A stretch of 64,000 bases of DNA, from positions 5,184-69,183 of the forward strand of contig CAJWQP010000002.1 of the NCBI GenBank assembly GCA_913045445.1. Reading direction: 5' to 3'. Positions 18,047-27,431 of the stretch are shown here, one piece after another (position 1 is the first letter of the stretch; every line of letters starts with the position of its first letter). The stretch comes from an uncultured Nitrospina sp. (GTDB taxonomy: Bacteria > Nitrospinota > Nitrospinia > Nitrospinales > VA-1). Below the pieces are notes generated by a model, which was not told the origin of the DNA, ran no database searches, and saw only the letters and a list, made by a program, of their open reading frames with translations. The translations under genes were made by a program, and so were the position numbers.

Positions 18047-18826
18047 TCAGGAGACAGCCCGCTCCTCAGATTTTTTTCGATGAAGAGTGAACAACATAAA
18101 CACAGACAGGGCAAGAATAAAAATTCCCACAAACTGCGATGTCGACAAAACTTGTTCGACAGCAAAACCCCGGTCATCACCACGGAAGTATTCTATGGTG
18201 AATCTCCCGATCGAATAAAGAATACCATAAGACCAGAATATCTGGCCATCAAATGTTTTTCTTTTACTCAACCACATTAAAAACGCAAAGATAAGTAGCG
18301 CATTCAAAGAAAGATAGACCTGAGTCGGATGCAAAGAAATTCCAAGAGGGGCCAGTGATTGCAAATCTGCAAACGTGATCGCCCAGAGAACGTCAGTTTC
18401 TCGGCCGTAACAACACCCGGCAAAATAACAGCCCCAACGACCAATCCCCTGCCCCAATGCAATCGATGGCGCAAGCAGGTCAGCCGATTTCCACATGGGC
18501 ATCTGATGCCGTTTCATATACAACAAAGAAACGACCACGCCGAGAATTAACCCACCGTAATAAACCAATCCACCTTTCCAAAATTTTAAAATTTCAAGAG
18601 GTGAAGACAAGAAATACTTATACTCAACCACAACGTAAAGTAAACGTGCGCCAACAAGAGCCGAGATCATGACATAAAAACAAAGGTCAAGAATCTTTTG
18701 AGGATCCACCCCCTCCTTCTGCGCTCTTGACGAAGCGAATAGAATCGCCACCAGAAAACCGGTCGCAACCAGCAAGCCGTATGTGAAGATTTTAAAAAAC
18801 CCGAATTCGACCAGGATGGGGTGCAT
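18047..18826 (-). CDS. lgt: prolipoprotein diacylglyceryl transferase
   Basis: Multi-TM protein with the GARLLYV, WKGGLVYYGG and GRWGCYFAGCCYG motifs typical of Lgt. Confidence 0.9.
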   Translation of the reverse strand: MHPILVEFGFFKIFTYGLLVATGFLVAILFASSRAQKEGVDPQKILDLCFYVMISALVGARLLYVVVEYKYFLSSPLEILKFWKGGLVYYGGLILGVVVSLLYMKRHQMPMWKSADLLAPSIALGQGIGRWGCYFAGCCYGRETDVLWAITFADLQSLAPLGISLHPTQVYLSLNALLIFAFLMWLSKRKTFDGQIFWSYGILYSIGRFTIEYFRGDDRGFAVEQVLSTSQFVGIFILALSVFMLFTLHRKKSEERAVS

Positions 18827-18865
18827 GATATTTAACAGTACCCGGCATTGGACCGAGTCAAAAGG

Positions 18866-19387
18866 TTAGTCCTGCAAGGACTTATCCGATGGGTTGGAGG
18901 AACCTGCTTCCGCCGGATTTCCGTAAAACAAATCAAGGATCATAAAACTGACGCCAATTGTAATACATGAGTCCGCCACATTAAAGGCGGGCCAGTGAGA
19001 CCCATTATAAAAAAAGTCAAGGAAGTCGATCACTTCCTTATATAAGATACGATCTATAAGATTGCCAACCGCTCCACTAAAAATCAAAATCAATCCAACT
19101 TTCACCATCCTCTTATCATCGGGTGTCTGGTGAAAAATAATCAGAATGGCAAGAATAGCTATTATAGAAATCACAACAAAAAAAAGAACCTTATACTCAG
19201 ACTCATGCCCGGCAAACAACCCAAAAGCGACCCCAGGATTACGAATGTGGGTAATACTAAAAAATCCTTCAACGACAGAAATCGAGTAATGCAAAGGAAC
19301 ATGAATTGTAACCATGTATTTCGTTATCTGGTCAAGAACGATCAGGAAGTTAGACGCAAGAAGAAGTTGCAGATATTTATTTTTCAA
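18866..19387 (-). CDS. lspA: lipoprotein signal peptidase (signal peptidase II)
   Basis: NPGVAFG, GAVGNLIDR and FNVADS motifs. It lies immediately downstream of ileS, as in many bacteria. Confidence 0.9.
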   Translation of the reverse strand: MKNKYLQLLLASNFLIVLDQITKYMVTIHVPLHYSISVVEGFFSITHIRNPGVAFGLFAGHESEYKVLFFVVISIIAILAILIIFHQTPDDKRMVKVGLILIFSGAVGNLIDRILYKEVIDFLDFFYNGSHWPAFNVADSCITIGVSFMILDLFYGNPAEAGSSNPSDKSLQD

Positions 19388-19393
19388 AACTGA

Positions 19394-22198
19394 TCAAGCC
19401 TTTGCCGATTCGAGGTTTTCGATACAGCGGTAGCATACTGACGAATGTTCTCCCTTGCCAGAGCCATCTTCCTCTTGAAAATAGTTCCAGCATCGCTCAC
19501 ACTTGTCTCCCCCCATACGGCGAACACCGATCTCCACACCTTCAAGATTTTCGCTACGGTGAACTTTAGCAACATCTCCAAGCAACTCAACCACCTCAAT
19601 TGAGGACACAATAAAGATAAACTTTAAATCTGCATACTCATCACCCAGAACAGAGCGCACATTCTCTGGAAGCACCAACCTCACATGCGCATCCAGTGAA
19701 TGCCCAATCACTTTTTCACTGCGACATAATTCCAGCGCTTTGCTCACTTCACTTTTCAGTTCAGTCAACATCTCCCACTTGCGGATGAATCCATCATCAA
19801 CGCTCACTTCCATAGGCTCAGGAAACGAGCTCATGTGCACGCTTTTTTCTGCAGAGTTACCCCTGGAATAATAAGACCAGATTTCTTCCGCCGTAAAACT
19901 CAAAACCGGGGCCATTAAACGTGTCATCCCTGTCAAAAGTTCATTCAAAGCTGTCTGGCCCGAACGCCGTTCCCTGGAGTTTTTTGGATAGGTATACAAA
20001 CGGTCTTTCAGGATATCGAGATAAAACGCGCTGAGGTCTACCACGCAAAAATTATAGAAACTATGATAGAACACATGAAACTCATAATTCTCGTATGCTT
20101 TATTGATTTTATCGCACAATAATTTAAAACGATAAAGGATATATTTATCGATCTCCATGAGGTCGCCAGCGGCAACAGAATCAGATGACGAATCAAAATC
20201 ACTTAGATTCCCCAGAAGATAACGAAACGTATTTCGTATTTTTCGATATGCTTCAGTCAGTCGCTTGAGTATTTCCTGAGAAACCCGAATATCTTCGCGA
20301 TAATTTTCCGATGCCACCCAGAGCCGCAAAATATCTGCACCATACTGATCAATTATTTTCTGCGGAGAAATAACATTGCCCGCCGACTTCGACATCTTCT
20401 TACCTTTTCCATCAACAACATATCCGTGTGTCAGTACAGACTTATAGGGAGCCTTACCCCGTGTTCCAATCGATTCCAGCAACGAACTATGAAACCAGCC
20501 CCGATGCTGATCGCTCCCCTCAAGATATAAATCCGCTGGCCAGTCCAGGTCAGGATCACCCTCCAAAACAGCCGCATGACTCACACCCGAGTCGAACCAC
20601 ACATCAAGGATATCGTTTATCTTGGTAAACTCCTTATTCCCGCAGGAACAGGCAGTGCCTTCAGGAAGCAACTCCTCTGCTTCTTTTTCAAACCAGAAAT
20701 CCGCCCCGTGCTCTTTTACCAGATCAACAATGTGAGCAAACACTTCCGGCGAACGCAAGACTTCATCGCAAGCGGCACAGCAAAATACAGTGATGGGAAC
20801 CCCCCATGCCCTTTGCCGGGAGATGCACCAGTCGGGACGGTTCTCGACCATACTAAAAATTCGCTCCTCTCCCCAGGGCGGAATCCATTTAGTTTCCCGT
20901 ATTGCGGTCAGCGCTTTTTCCCGAAGCTCATTTTTCTCCATTGAGATAAACCACTGGCTCGTGGCCCGAAAAATAATAGGCTGGTGGCAACGCCAGCAAT
21001 GTGGGTAAGAATGATTGACCTTATCATCATGGATCAGCGATCCTTCTGTCCTCAACTTTTCAACAATCAGTGGATTGGCTTTTCTCACAAAGAGTCCGCC
21101 AAACTCTTCAACCTCTGGCTTGTACACACCACCGTCATCGACCGGGTTGTATGTCTCCAGACCATATTTTTGTCCGACCACATAATCATCTTGTCCGTGT
21201 CCAGGTGCAGTATGGACACAGCCCGTTCCTTGCTCCAGAGTCACATGATTACCAAGAACGATCCGTGAATCACGATCAATAAAGGGGTGTCGGCAGACAA
21301 CCTCCTCCAATTCACTACCCTTGCAATTCCCCAGAACTTTGTAGTCCTTGACATCCCATTCCAAAATCAGCCGCGACAAAAGTTCCTCCGCGACAACATA
21401 AGTATCCCCATTGATCGCAACAGCAGAATATTGAAACTCAGGATGCAGGCACACCGCAAGATTGGCAGGTAGTGTCCAGGGAGTGGTGGTCCAGATAACA
21501 AAACTGGTTTTTGCCGGATCAACATTCCCCAACTGCCCACTCAAACCAGACTTGACCGGGAACTTGACGTAAATTGTAGGAGACTGATGGTCCGCGTGTT
21601 CCACCTCCGCTTCTGCCAAAGCGGTACGGCATGTGGTACACCAGTGAACCGGTTTTAATCCATTATAGACCGAGCCGTTAACCACAAACTTTCCAAGCTC
21701 CTCTACAATCGCCGCCTCATACGAAAAAGTCATCGTGAGGTATGGGTTTTCCCAATCGGCACCAACCCCCAAACGCTTAAACTCTTCGGCCTGAATATCA
21801 ACAAACTTATTCGCGTACTCGCGGCAAAGCTTGCGGATTTCAGATTTAGAAGGCGTGTTCTTTTTAGCTCTCTCTTCCTTGGTCACTTGATGTTCAATAG
21901 GCAGGCCATGGCAATCCCATCCAGGAACAAAGGTAGCGTCATAACCTTTCATGGTCTTAAAGCGGACGATGAAGTCCTTCAAAATCTTATTGAGTGCGTG
22001 CCCAATGTGAATATGCCCGTTGGCATAGGGCGGACCATCGTGAAAGACAAACTTGGGCCGGCCTTTAAACTTTTCACGCATGGAAGCGTAGATATTTTCT
22101 TTTTCCCATTGCGCCAGCAATTCCGGTTCTCTCTTGACCAGACTGGCCTTCATCGGGAAATCCGTCTGCGGCAAATTGAGCGTTTCTTTATAGTCCAT
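19394..22198 (-). CDS. ileS: isoleucine--tRNA ligase
   Basis: 934 aa. HIGH (PYANGHIHIGHALN), KMSKS (GKKMSKSAGN), and a C-terminal Zn-finger Cys pair (CERCW...CYRC). Confidence 0.95.
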   Translation of the reverse strand: MDYKETLNLPQTDFPMKASLVKREPELLAQWEKENIYASMREKFKGRPKFVFHDGPPYANGHIHIGHALNKILKDFIVRFKTMKGYDATFVPGWDCHGLPIEHQVTKEERAKKNTPSKSEIRKLCREYANKFVDIQAEEFKRLGVGADWENPYLTMTFSYEAAIVEELGKFVVNGSVYNGLKPVHWCTTCRTALAEAEVEHADHQSPTIYVKFPVKSGLSGQLGNVDPAKTSFVIWTTTPWTLPANLAVCLHPEFQYSAVAINGDTYVVAEELLSRLILEWDVKDYKVLGNCKGSELEEVVCRHPFIDRDSRIVLGNHVTLEQGTGCVHTAPGHGQDDYVVGQKYGLETYNPVDDGGVYKPEVEEFGGLFVRKANPLIVEKLRTEGSLIHDDKVNHSYPHCWRCHQPIIFRATSQWFISMEKNELREKALTAIRETKWIPPWGEERIFSMVENRPDWCISRQRAWGVPITVFCCAACDEVLRSPEVFAHIVDLVKEHGADFWFEKEAEELLPEGTACSCGNKEFTKINDILDVWFDSGVSHAAVLEGDPDLDWPADLYLEGSDQHRGWFHSSLLESIGTRGKAPYKSVLTHGYVVDGKGKKMSKSAGNVISPQKIIDQYGADILRLWVASENYREDIRVSQEILKRLTEAYRKIRNTFRYLLGNLSDFDSSSDSVAAGDLMEIDKYILYRFKLLCDKINKAYENYEFHVFYHSFYNFCVVDLSAFYLDILKDRLYTYPKNSRERRSGQTALNELLTGMTRLMAPVLSFTAEEIWSYYSRGNSAEKSVHMSSFPEPMEVSVDDGFIRKWEMLTELKSEVSKALELCRSEKVIGHSLDAHVRLVLPENVRSVLGDEYADLKFIFIVSSIEVVELLGDVAKVHRSENLEGVEIGVRRMGGDKCERCWNYFQEEDGSGKGEHSSVCYRCIENLESAKA

Positions 22199-22234
22199 AG
22201 TTTTTTAAATCAATCGAAAACATAAATAATAGAA

Positions 22235-23224
22235 TCAGGCAATTTTCATTGCTGTCTTAGCTTCTTGCAGAGTGGCCTGAGCCACCTTCCGCGCTTTTTC
22301 CGTACCGGCATGAATTATTTCATGCACTTCCTTTGGTTTCCCGGCAATCTCTTTCCTCTTTTCCATCGATGGACGCATGGATTCCAGAAGAGTATCAACC
22401 AGCTTCAACTTGCAGTCGCCGCACCCAATCCCCGCTTTCCTGCACTCAGAAGCAATTTCATCCTGCATCTCCCTGGGGGAATAAATCTTATGCATGGGAA
22501 ACAAATTACAAACATCTGGATCACCCGGATCCGTCCTTAAACCGCGCGCCGGATCGGTGAGCATGGCTTTTACTTTTTTCGTAATTTGCTTTTCCGAATC
22601 AGAAAGAAAAATTGCATTGTTATAACTCTTACTCATTTTGCGCCCATCAATTCCATTGAGCTTGGGAACATCCGAAATTTTTGCATCGGGTTCGATGAAC
22701 ACCTTCTTTTTGTATAGCTTGTTAAACCGGCGAATGATCTCGCGGGAAAGCTCAAGATGTGGTACCTGATCTACCCCGACTGGAACAGCGTGCGCCTTAT
22801 ACAAAACAATGTCAGCCGTCTGCAAAACAGGATATCCCAAAAAACCGTAAGAGCTCATATCAACACTCTTCACCTCATCCTGTTTTTCCTTATAAGTAGG
22901 ATTACGCTCCAGCCATGGAACCGGAACCATCATGGAAAGAATCAAGTGCAGTTCGGCGTGTTCAGGAATGGCAGACTGCAAAAACAGAGTGCATTTCCCC
23001 GGATCCAGACCAGAACTCAGCCAATCGACAGCAACCTCGAAAGAAAAGTTTTTTATGAGATGCGGGTCTTCATACAACGTGGTCAGCGAATGCCAGTCAG
23101 CGATGAAGAAAAAACAGTCAAAATCATCCTGCATGGAAATCCAGTTTTTCAGCGCTCCATGATAATTTCCCAGATGCAACTGACCCGAAGGTTGCATGCC
23201 GCTTAAAATTCTTTTACCTGCCAT
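22235..23224 (-). CDS. trpS: tryptophan--tRNA ligase
   Basis: 329 aa. GMQPSGQLHLGNYHG (HIGH-type) and GRKMSKSYNN (KMSKS). Confidence 0.9.
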   Translation of the reverse strand: MAGKRILSGMQPSGQLHLGNYHGALKNWISMQDDFDCFFFIADWHSLTTLYEDPHLIKNFSFEVAVDWLSSGLDPGKCTLFLQSAIPEHAELHLILSMMVPVPWLERNPTYKEKQDEVKSVDMSSYGFLGYPVLQTADIVLYKAHAVPVGVDQVPHLELSREIIRRFNKLYKKKVFIEPDAKISDVPKLNGIDGRKMSKSYNNAIFLSDSEKQITKKVKAMLTDPARGLRTDPGDPDVCNLFPMHKIYSPREMQDEIASECRKAGIGCGDCKLKLVDTLLESMRPSMEKRKEIAGKPKEVHEIIHAGTEKARKVAQATLQEAKTAMKIA

Positions 23225-23251
23225 GAATATCCCTACTGTTAGCCACTTGTT

Positions 23252-23908
23252 TTATTGAAAACTGATTTTGAGAATATAAAAAAGCGCAGGAAATGCTTCC
23301 TGCGATAAATACTGAACCACTGTTATTATAGGCATCCATAAAACACGCCCGAGAATTCCGGTATGCGCGAAATGGTCCAGCAAGATAACTCCCATAAGAA
23401 GGATAGCCCCAAACCGGTCCAGCCCACTCAACCGGGCGGCAACATTGCCTGGCACCAATCCTTTTATAACGCTGGAGCCATCCAGGGGAAACACCGGCAG
23501 GAGGTTAAATATTGCCAGAGCCACATTTATATATACCCCAAAACACAGTAAAGTAAATAAAATCCCGTTAATGTCGGGCACAATAAAGCGGATGAAAAAA
23601 CTGCAAATTACCGCGAGCGTGACGTTGGACAACGGGCCGGCGATGGCAACATACATCATATCCCTTCTGGGGTGTTCAAAGTTTCTCGGATCAACAGGAA
23701 CCGGCTTGGCCCAACCAAATCCCATAAAATAGAAAAACAGGGTCCCAATGGGGTCCAGATGCTTCAGCGGATTAAAAGAAAGCCGCCCCAGACTTTTAGC
23801 AGTGTTGTCACCCAGCAAGAAAGCTATCCTGCCATGAGAATACTCGTGGACCGTCAGCGAAAATAATACCACCGGAATCATCAATATCAATAACTGCGAT
23901 TTATTCAA
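23252..23908 (-). CDS. site-2 protease (M50) family membrane metalloprotease, short form
   Basis: HEYSHG (HExxH) in the first TM region, a multi-TM protein, and LPVFPLDG in a later helix. Confidence 0.75.
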   Translation of the reverse strand: MNKSQLLILMIPVVLFSLTVHEYSHGRIAFLLGDNTAKSLGRLSFNPLKHLDPIGTLFFYFMGFGWAKPVPVDPRNFEHPRRDMMYVAIAGPLSNVTLAVICSFFIRFIVPDINGILFTLLCFGVYINVALAIFNLLPVFPLDGSSVIKGLVPGNVAARLSGLDRFGAILLMGVILLDHFAHTGILGRVLWMPIITVVQYLSQEAFPALFYILKISFQ

Positions 23909-24212
23909 AAGTACCTCTGAAGAACTGTCTCATTTCGGATATACTGCCGGCTTGTCCCTATATGATTCATAGGAATAAAGAAGGGAAACCTGTGGCTCCG
24001 GCGACCTTGCCGGGAATAGGCGGGAAATAATGGAGCAATCGAGTTTCCTAACCCTGTCTCAAAGACATTTTATCTTAAAATTATCTTAAAACCATCTTAA
24101 TTCCCAATTCTTTGGTCAAACCAACAGCCCGATAACCCCTGACCTGAAAACAGGCTCCCGAGCAACCAAAGAGACTTGATTTTAACATTAATAACTTTGA
24201 GTACGAGTATAT

Positions 24213-24953
24213 TTATTGTATTGAGCGGGTCTTGGCATATTTGAGATAGGTGTAAAACGCCATTGATAATGACAAAAACATCCCAAGAAACCCTTCCCTG
24301 AAACCTTGCCTGAGAAAATACGTCTTAAAAAACATCCAAACCGGGCGCAGGTAAAGATGAGTCCAGTTGGCCTTCCAACCCAACCGCTTTCTTTCCTCAG
24401 CATAGAGTGATGAATAACGGTTCTGACGCTGGACGTAATCTTCCATCCCGTCAAAAGAATAATGCAAAATAGGATGATTTATGATTCCACCCTCGTTGTC
24501 GGGAATTAACCGCTCGTGCACCATTGAATCAGAAAACGACACCCGGTCCCTGTCATACAACCGGGATATTAAGTCTGGATACCATCCAGCATGGCGCACC
24601 CATCGATCAGCAATAAAGTTTTTCCTGGGAAAACGGTACAAGGGAAACTTCAGTTCACTGGATAGTAATTTTCTGACCGCTTCAGCACACTCCGGCGAAA
24701 TAATCTCATCCGCATCAACATTAAAAATCCACCTGTTGCTTGCCCTTGTAGCGCAAAGGTTTTTCTGAGGACCATAGCCCAACCAGCTTTCCTCAAATAC
24801 TTTATCAGTGAACTTTCGGCAAATTTCTACAGTGCGATCAGTACTGAAAGTATCTACCACAACAATTTCATCGGCCCACCGAACGCTTTCCAAACAACGC
24901 GCAATGTTCTTTTCTTCATTTTTTGTGATAATGGTTACTGAAACTTTTTCCAT
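24213..24953 (-). CDS. family 2 glycosyltransferase (LPS core type, WaaE/KdtX-like)
   Basis: VSVTIITKNEEKNIARCLESVRWADEIVVVDTFSTDRT... and the DADE motif. Confidence 0.8.
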   Translation of the reverse strand: MEKVSVTIITKNEEKNIARCLESVRWADEIVVVDTFSTDRTVEICRKFTDKVFEESWLGYGPQKNLCATRASNRWIFNVDADEIISPECAEAVRKLLSSELKFPLYRFPRKNFIADRWVRHAGWYPDLISRLYDRDRVSFSDSMVHERLIPDNEGGIINHPILHYSFDGMEDYVQRQNRYSSLYAEERKRLGWKANWTHLYLRPVWMFFKTYFLRQGFREGFLGMFLSLSMAFYTYLKYAKTRSIQ

Positions 24954-25186
24954 GAATCGGCCTTTACAGAAAACAGGAATTCCCCAGAAGGAACTCGATC
25001 TTCTAAAATTCCCCCAGCCCAGGTCTATTCTTACAGGTCGGTTGGATTATATCATTTTTACCTGCCATTTGACTCTAAGTGATTATGTTTTTTGGTTTTG
25101 TATAAAATATGTTAGGATACCTCGACCTTATTTGGGTCGGAAACTAAGACCTCTCGGCATTAATTTTTTTGCCAATTCGGCCAAAA

Positions 25187-26347
25187 ATGGAAACAATTCT
25201 CGAAAATATCATCGAACTCGCTGAAAAAATCTGGCTCCAGTTGGGTATCCTTCTGGACTTGGAAAACATGGAAGCTCTAGGCTACTTCGACCCCCTGCTT
25301 GCTTCTATTTTATCAGATCCTCTCCTCCTCAGTATCACTGCGGCAATTATCCTGCTTGTTCCCTTTGGCGTTTGTAAATTAAAAAAAGCCCATGCTGAAA
25401 AGGAAAAACGTTTCGATGAGTTGTTGCATGAACTGGATGAAACTAAGGAAGAACCTGCCCCTCTGCCCACAAGCCCTCAACCAGTGGCTGAAGACAGAGA
25501 AATTGAACCAGAAGAACCCACTGTTGTATCCATACCGGAAGAAGCTGAATCACAACCCCCGGTAGCCGAAGAAGAACCCGCTGTTGAATCCAGTCCGACA
25601 GCAACACAGGAACAGGAAGAAGAAACAATCCTGGACCTTGGGGCAATGCTTGAGGCTGAGAAAGATAAAGAGGATGAAGGAATTGAATTTCATTTTGAAG
25701 AAGAAACCAAAGAACCAGAGCAGGAAACAGTCTCTCCTTTAACGGAAGTTACAGATGCCCCGCCTATCCAGAACTCTTACTATCAAGAGCCTCATGAAGA
25801 GATAGAAGGCGCGGAAAATCTGGAACAGGAACTATCAGAACATAGCGAAGAATCTAATACAGCCTTCATAGAAGCTTCTTCTGAAATTTCTCAGGAAGAC
25901 CAGAAACCTGAATCGGTGGAATCACATGTTCAACCTGCCAAACAAGTGGTTGACACACCTCCAAAAGAAGTAGAGCCCGAACCGATATTGGATTCCTTGA
26001 CCGCAGAGTCTCTTCAACCGGAACCTGTCATTGCAAAGTCTTCCGCTGGCCCTTTGCTGAAAAGCATGCTCAACTCTTCGGTTTCTGCAAAAACTGACGC
26101 GCTGGTAAGTCGACTGAAAACATTTCAGGCTAAACTGGAAACTCAATTCCATTCTCTCGATGATGATCCAGTTGCGCCAAGGAAAATCCAGATGACTGAA
26201 TCTGTGCGAAAAGAGAAAAAACAATACCAACCGGCTAAAGTCAGCTATAGAAATAAACGGAAGTCTCGCCCCAACAAAGAATATGTAAATCTATTAGAAT
26301 CATTTATCTTTATGGCAAAACAAAAAAACAAGAATTCCGATTTATAA
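25187..26347 (+). CDS. acidic low-complexity protein with an N-terminal hydrophobic anchor and a basic C-terminal tail
   Basis: The ATG at 25187 is preferred over the TTG at 25169. It has a hydrophobic helix (LLLSITAAIILLVPFGV), then a long E/P/S/T-rich region with a 60-nt-spaced internal DNA repeat (25511-25532 / 25571-25592). The C-terminus is RKEKKQYQPAKVSYRNKRKSRPNKEY. Confidence 0.55.
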   Translation: METILENIIELAEKIWLQLGILLDLENMEALGYFDPLLASILSDPLLLSITAAIILLVPFGVCKLKKAHAEKEKRFDELLHELDETKEEPAPLPTSPQPVAEDREIEPEEPTVVSIPEEAESQPPVAEEEPAVESSPTATQEQEEETILDLGAMLEAEKDKEDEGIEFHFEEETKEPEQETVSPLTEVTDAPPIQNSYYQEPHEEIEGAENLEQELSEHSEESNTAFIEASSEISQEDQKPESVESHVQPAKQVVDTPPKEVEPEPILDSLTAESLQPEPVIAKSSAGPLLKSMLNSSVSAKTDALVSRLKTFQAKLETQFHSLDDDPVAPRKIQMTESVRKEKKQYQPAKVSYRNKRKSRPNKEYVNLLESFIFMAKQKNKNSDL

Positions 26348-26395
26348 ACAAAGCAGCCATAAGATATTTCTTAACAAAAATAGTATAAATCTGTA

Positions 26396-27370
26396 ATGTC
26401 AATATCAGCTAACATTATTTCTGTAGGCGGCGGCAAAGGCGGCATAGGCAAGAGTGTTATCTCAACGAATCTAGCCGTGGGCATGGCGTTGAGTGGTCAA
26501 AAAGTCGTTCTTATGGATGGCGATTTTGGAGCATCCAACCTACATGCATTACTCGGTATCAGCCATCCCCCATACGGATTCCAGGACTTCTTCCTCAACG
26601 ATGTAACCTCTGACTCGCTGTTGATTGAAACAGGAATAAGCAATCTTAAGTTTGTGAGTAGTGCCGGAGACAATCCCGGAAGTGCAAACATAGATCCGGA
26701 GCGCGTCCAGAAAATAATATCTTTTATCAAAAACCTTAAAGCAGATACGATTGTTTTGGACCTCGGACCGGGAACAAGTTTTAATGTGCTGGATTTTTTC
26801 AACATAAGCACACAGAACATAGTGATGAGTTCGCCAGAAATGACATCGGTCATGAAAACGTTCAGCTTCATCCGGGCGGCGCTATTCAGGAGAATCAGTC
26901 TGCACCTGTGGGCCTTTCCCGAACTGCAAAGGCTGGTTAATCATTCGCATCCATCCCAGGCCGATGTAGAAACCTATACAGTGGACATTCTTCGGGAAAA
27001 TGTGGAAAAAATTGACGATTCTCAAACCCAGGAAATCAATACAATCATCGATCAATTCAAACCTGGAATTATCATAAACCGGGTTCGTAATAAAAAGGAT
27101 TTATTGGCTGGAAACAATCTGGTCAATCTGGTCAAAAAATACCTCGATGTCGACCTTAACTACCTTGGCTATATCGTTGAAAGTGACCGCGTAAGAGACT
27201 CGGTTGAAGAAATGGTCCCATTCCTGATAAAGGACCCGCAAAGCAAACCCTCTAAAAATCTTCAACAAATTATCGGGCCTTTAACAAATACCGACCTTCA
27301 CCTGGTCAAGGAAGATGGAAGAATTTTTGTTTCCAAGCATGTTCGCCTCGGTTCCGGCTGGGACGTCTAA
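26396..27370 (+). CDS. ParA/MinD-family P-loop ATPase (FlhG/MinD-like, COG0455 type)
   Basis: Deviant Walker A with signature lysine GGGKGGIGKS, a DGDFG switch region and IVLDLGPG. It carries a roughly 100-aa C-terminal extension. Confidence 0.75.
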   Translation: MSISANIISVGGGKGGIGKSVISTNLAVGMALSGQKVVLMDGDFGASNLHALLGISHPPYGFQDFFLNDVTSDSLLIETGISNLKFVSSAGDNPGSANIDPERVQKIISFIKNLKADTIVLDLGPGTSFNVLDFFNISTQNIVMSSPEMTSVMKTFSFIRAALFRRISLHLWAFPELQRLVNHSHPSQADVETYTVDILRENVEKIDDSQTQEINTIIDQFKPGIIINRVRNKKDLLAGNNLVNLVKKYLDVDLNYLGYIVESDRVRDSVEEMVPFLIKDPQSKPSKNLQQIIGPLTNTDLHLVKEDGRIFVSKHVRLGSGWDV

Positions 27371-27431
27371 CTCGTAGATAACCCGGGAAACCCTGCTGTC
27401 ATCAAAAAAGTTCTTAAATTCCAACTTAAAA

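Noticed and set aside
23909-24212. Possible structured RNA in the 300-bp gap upstream of the M50 protease gene (short GC-rich hairpins such as ccggc-aaggtc-gccgg)
   Set aside because: I could not match it to any riboswitch or RNA family core that I know, and the stems are short. It is not reportable without a covariance-model search.
25282-26230. Minus-strand ORFs (62, 67 and 102 aa) inside the acidic protein gene
   Set aside because: They are antisense to a GAA/GAG-rich gene, where stop codons are rare on the opposite strand. There is no independent support.
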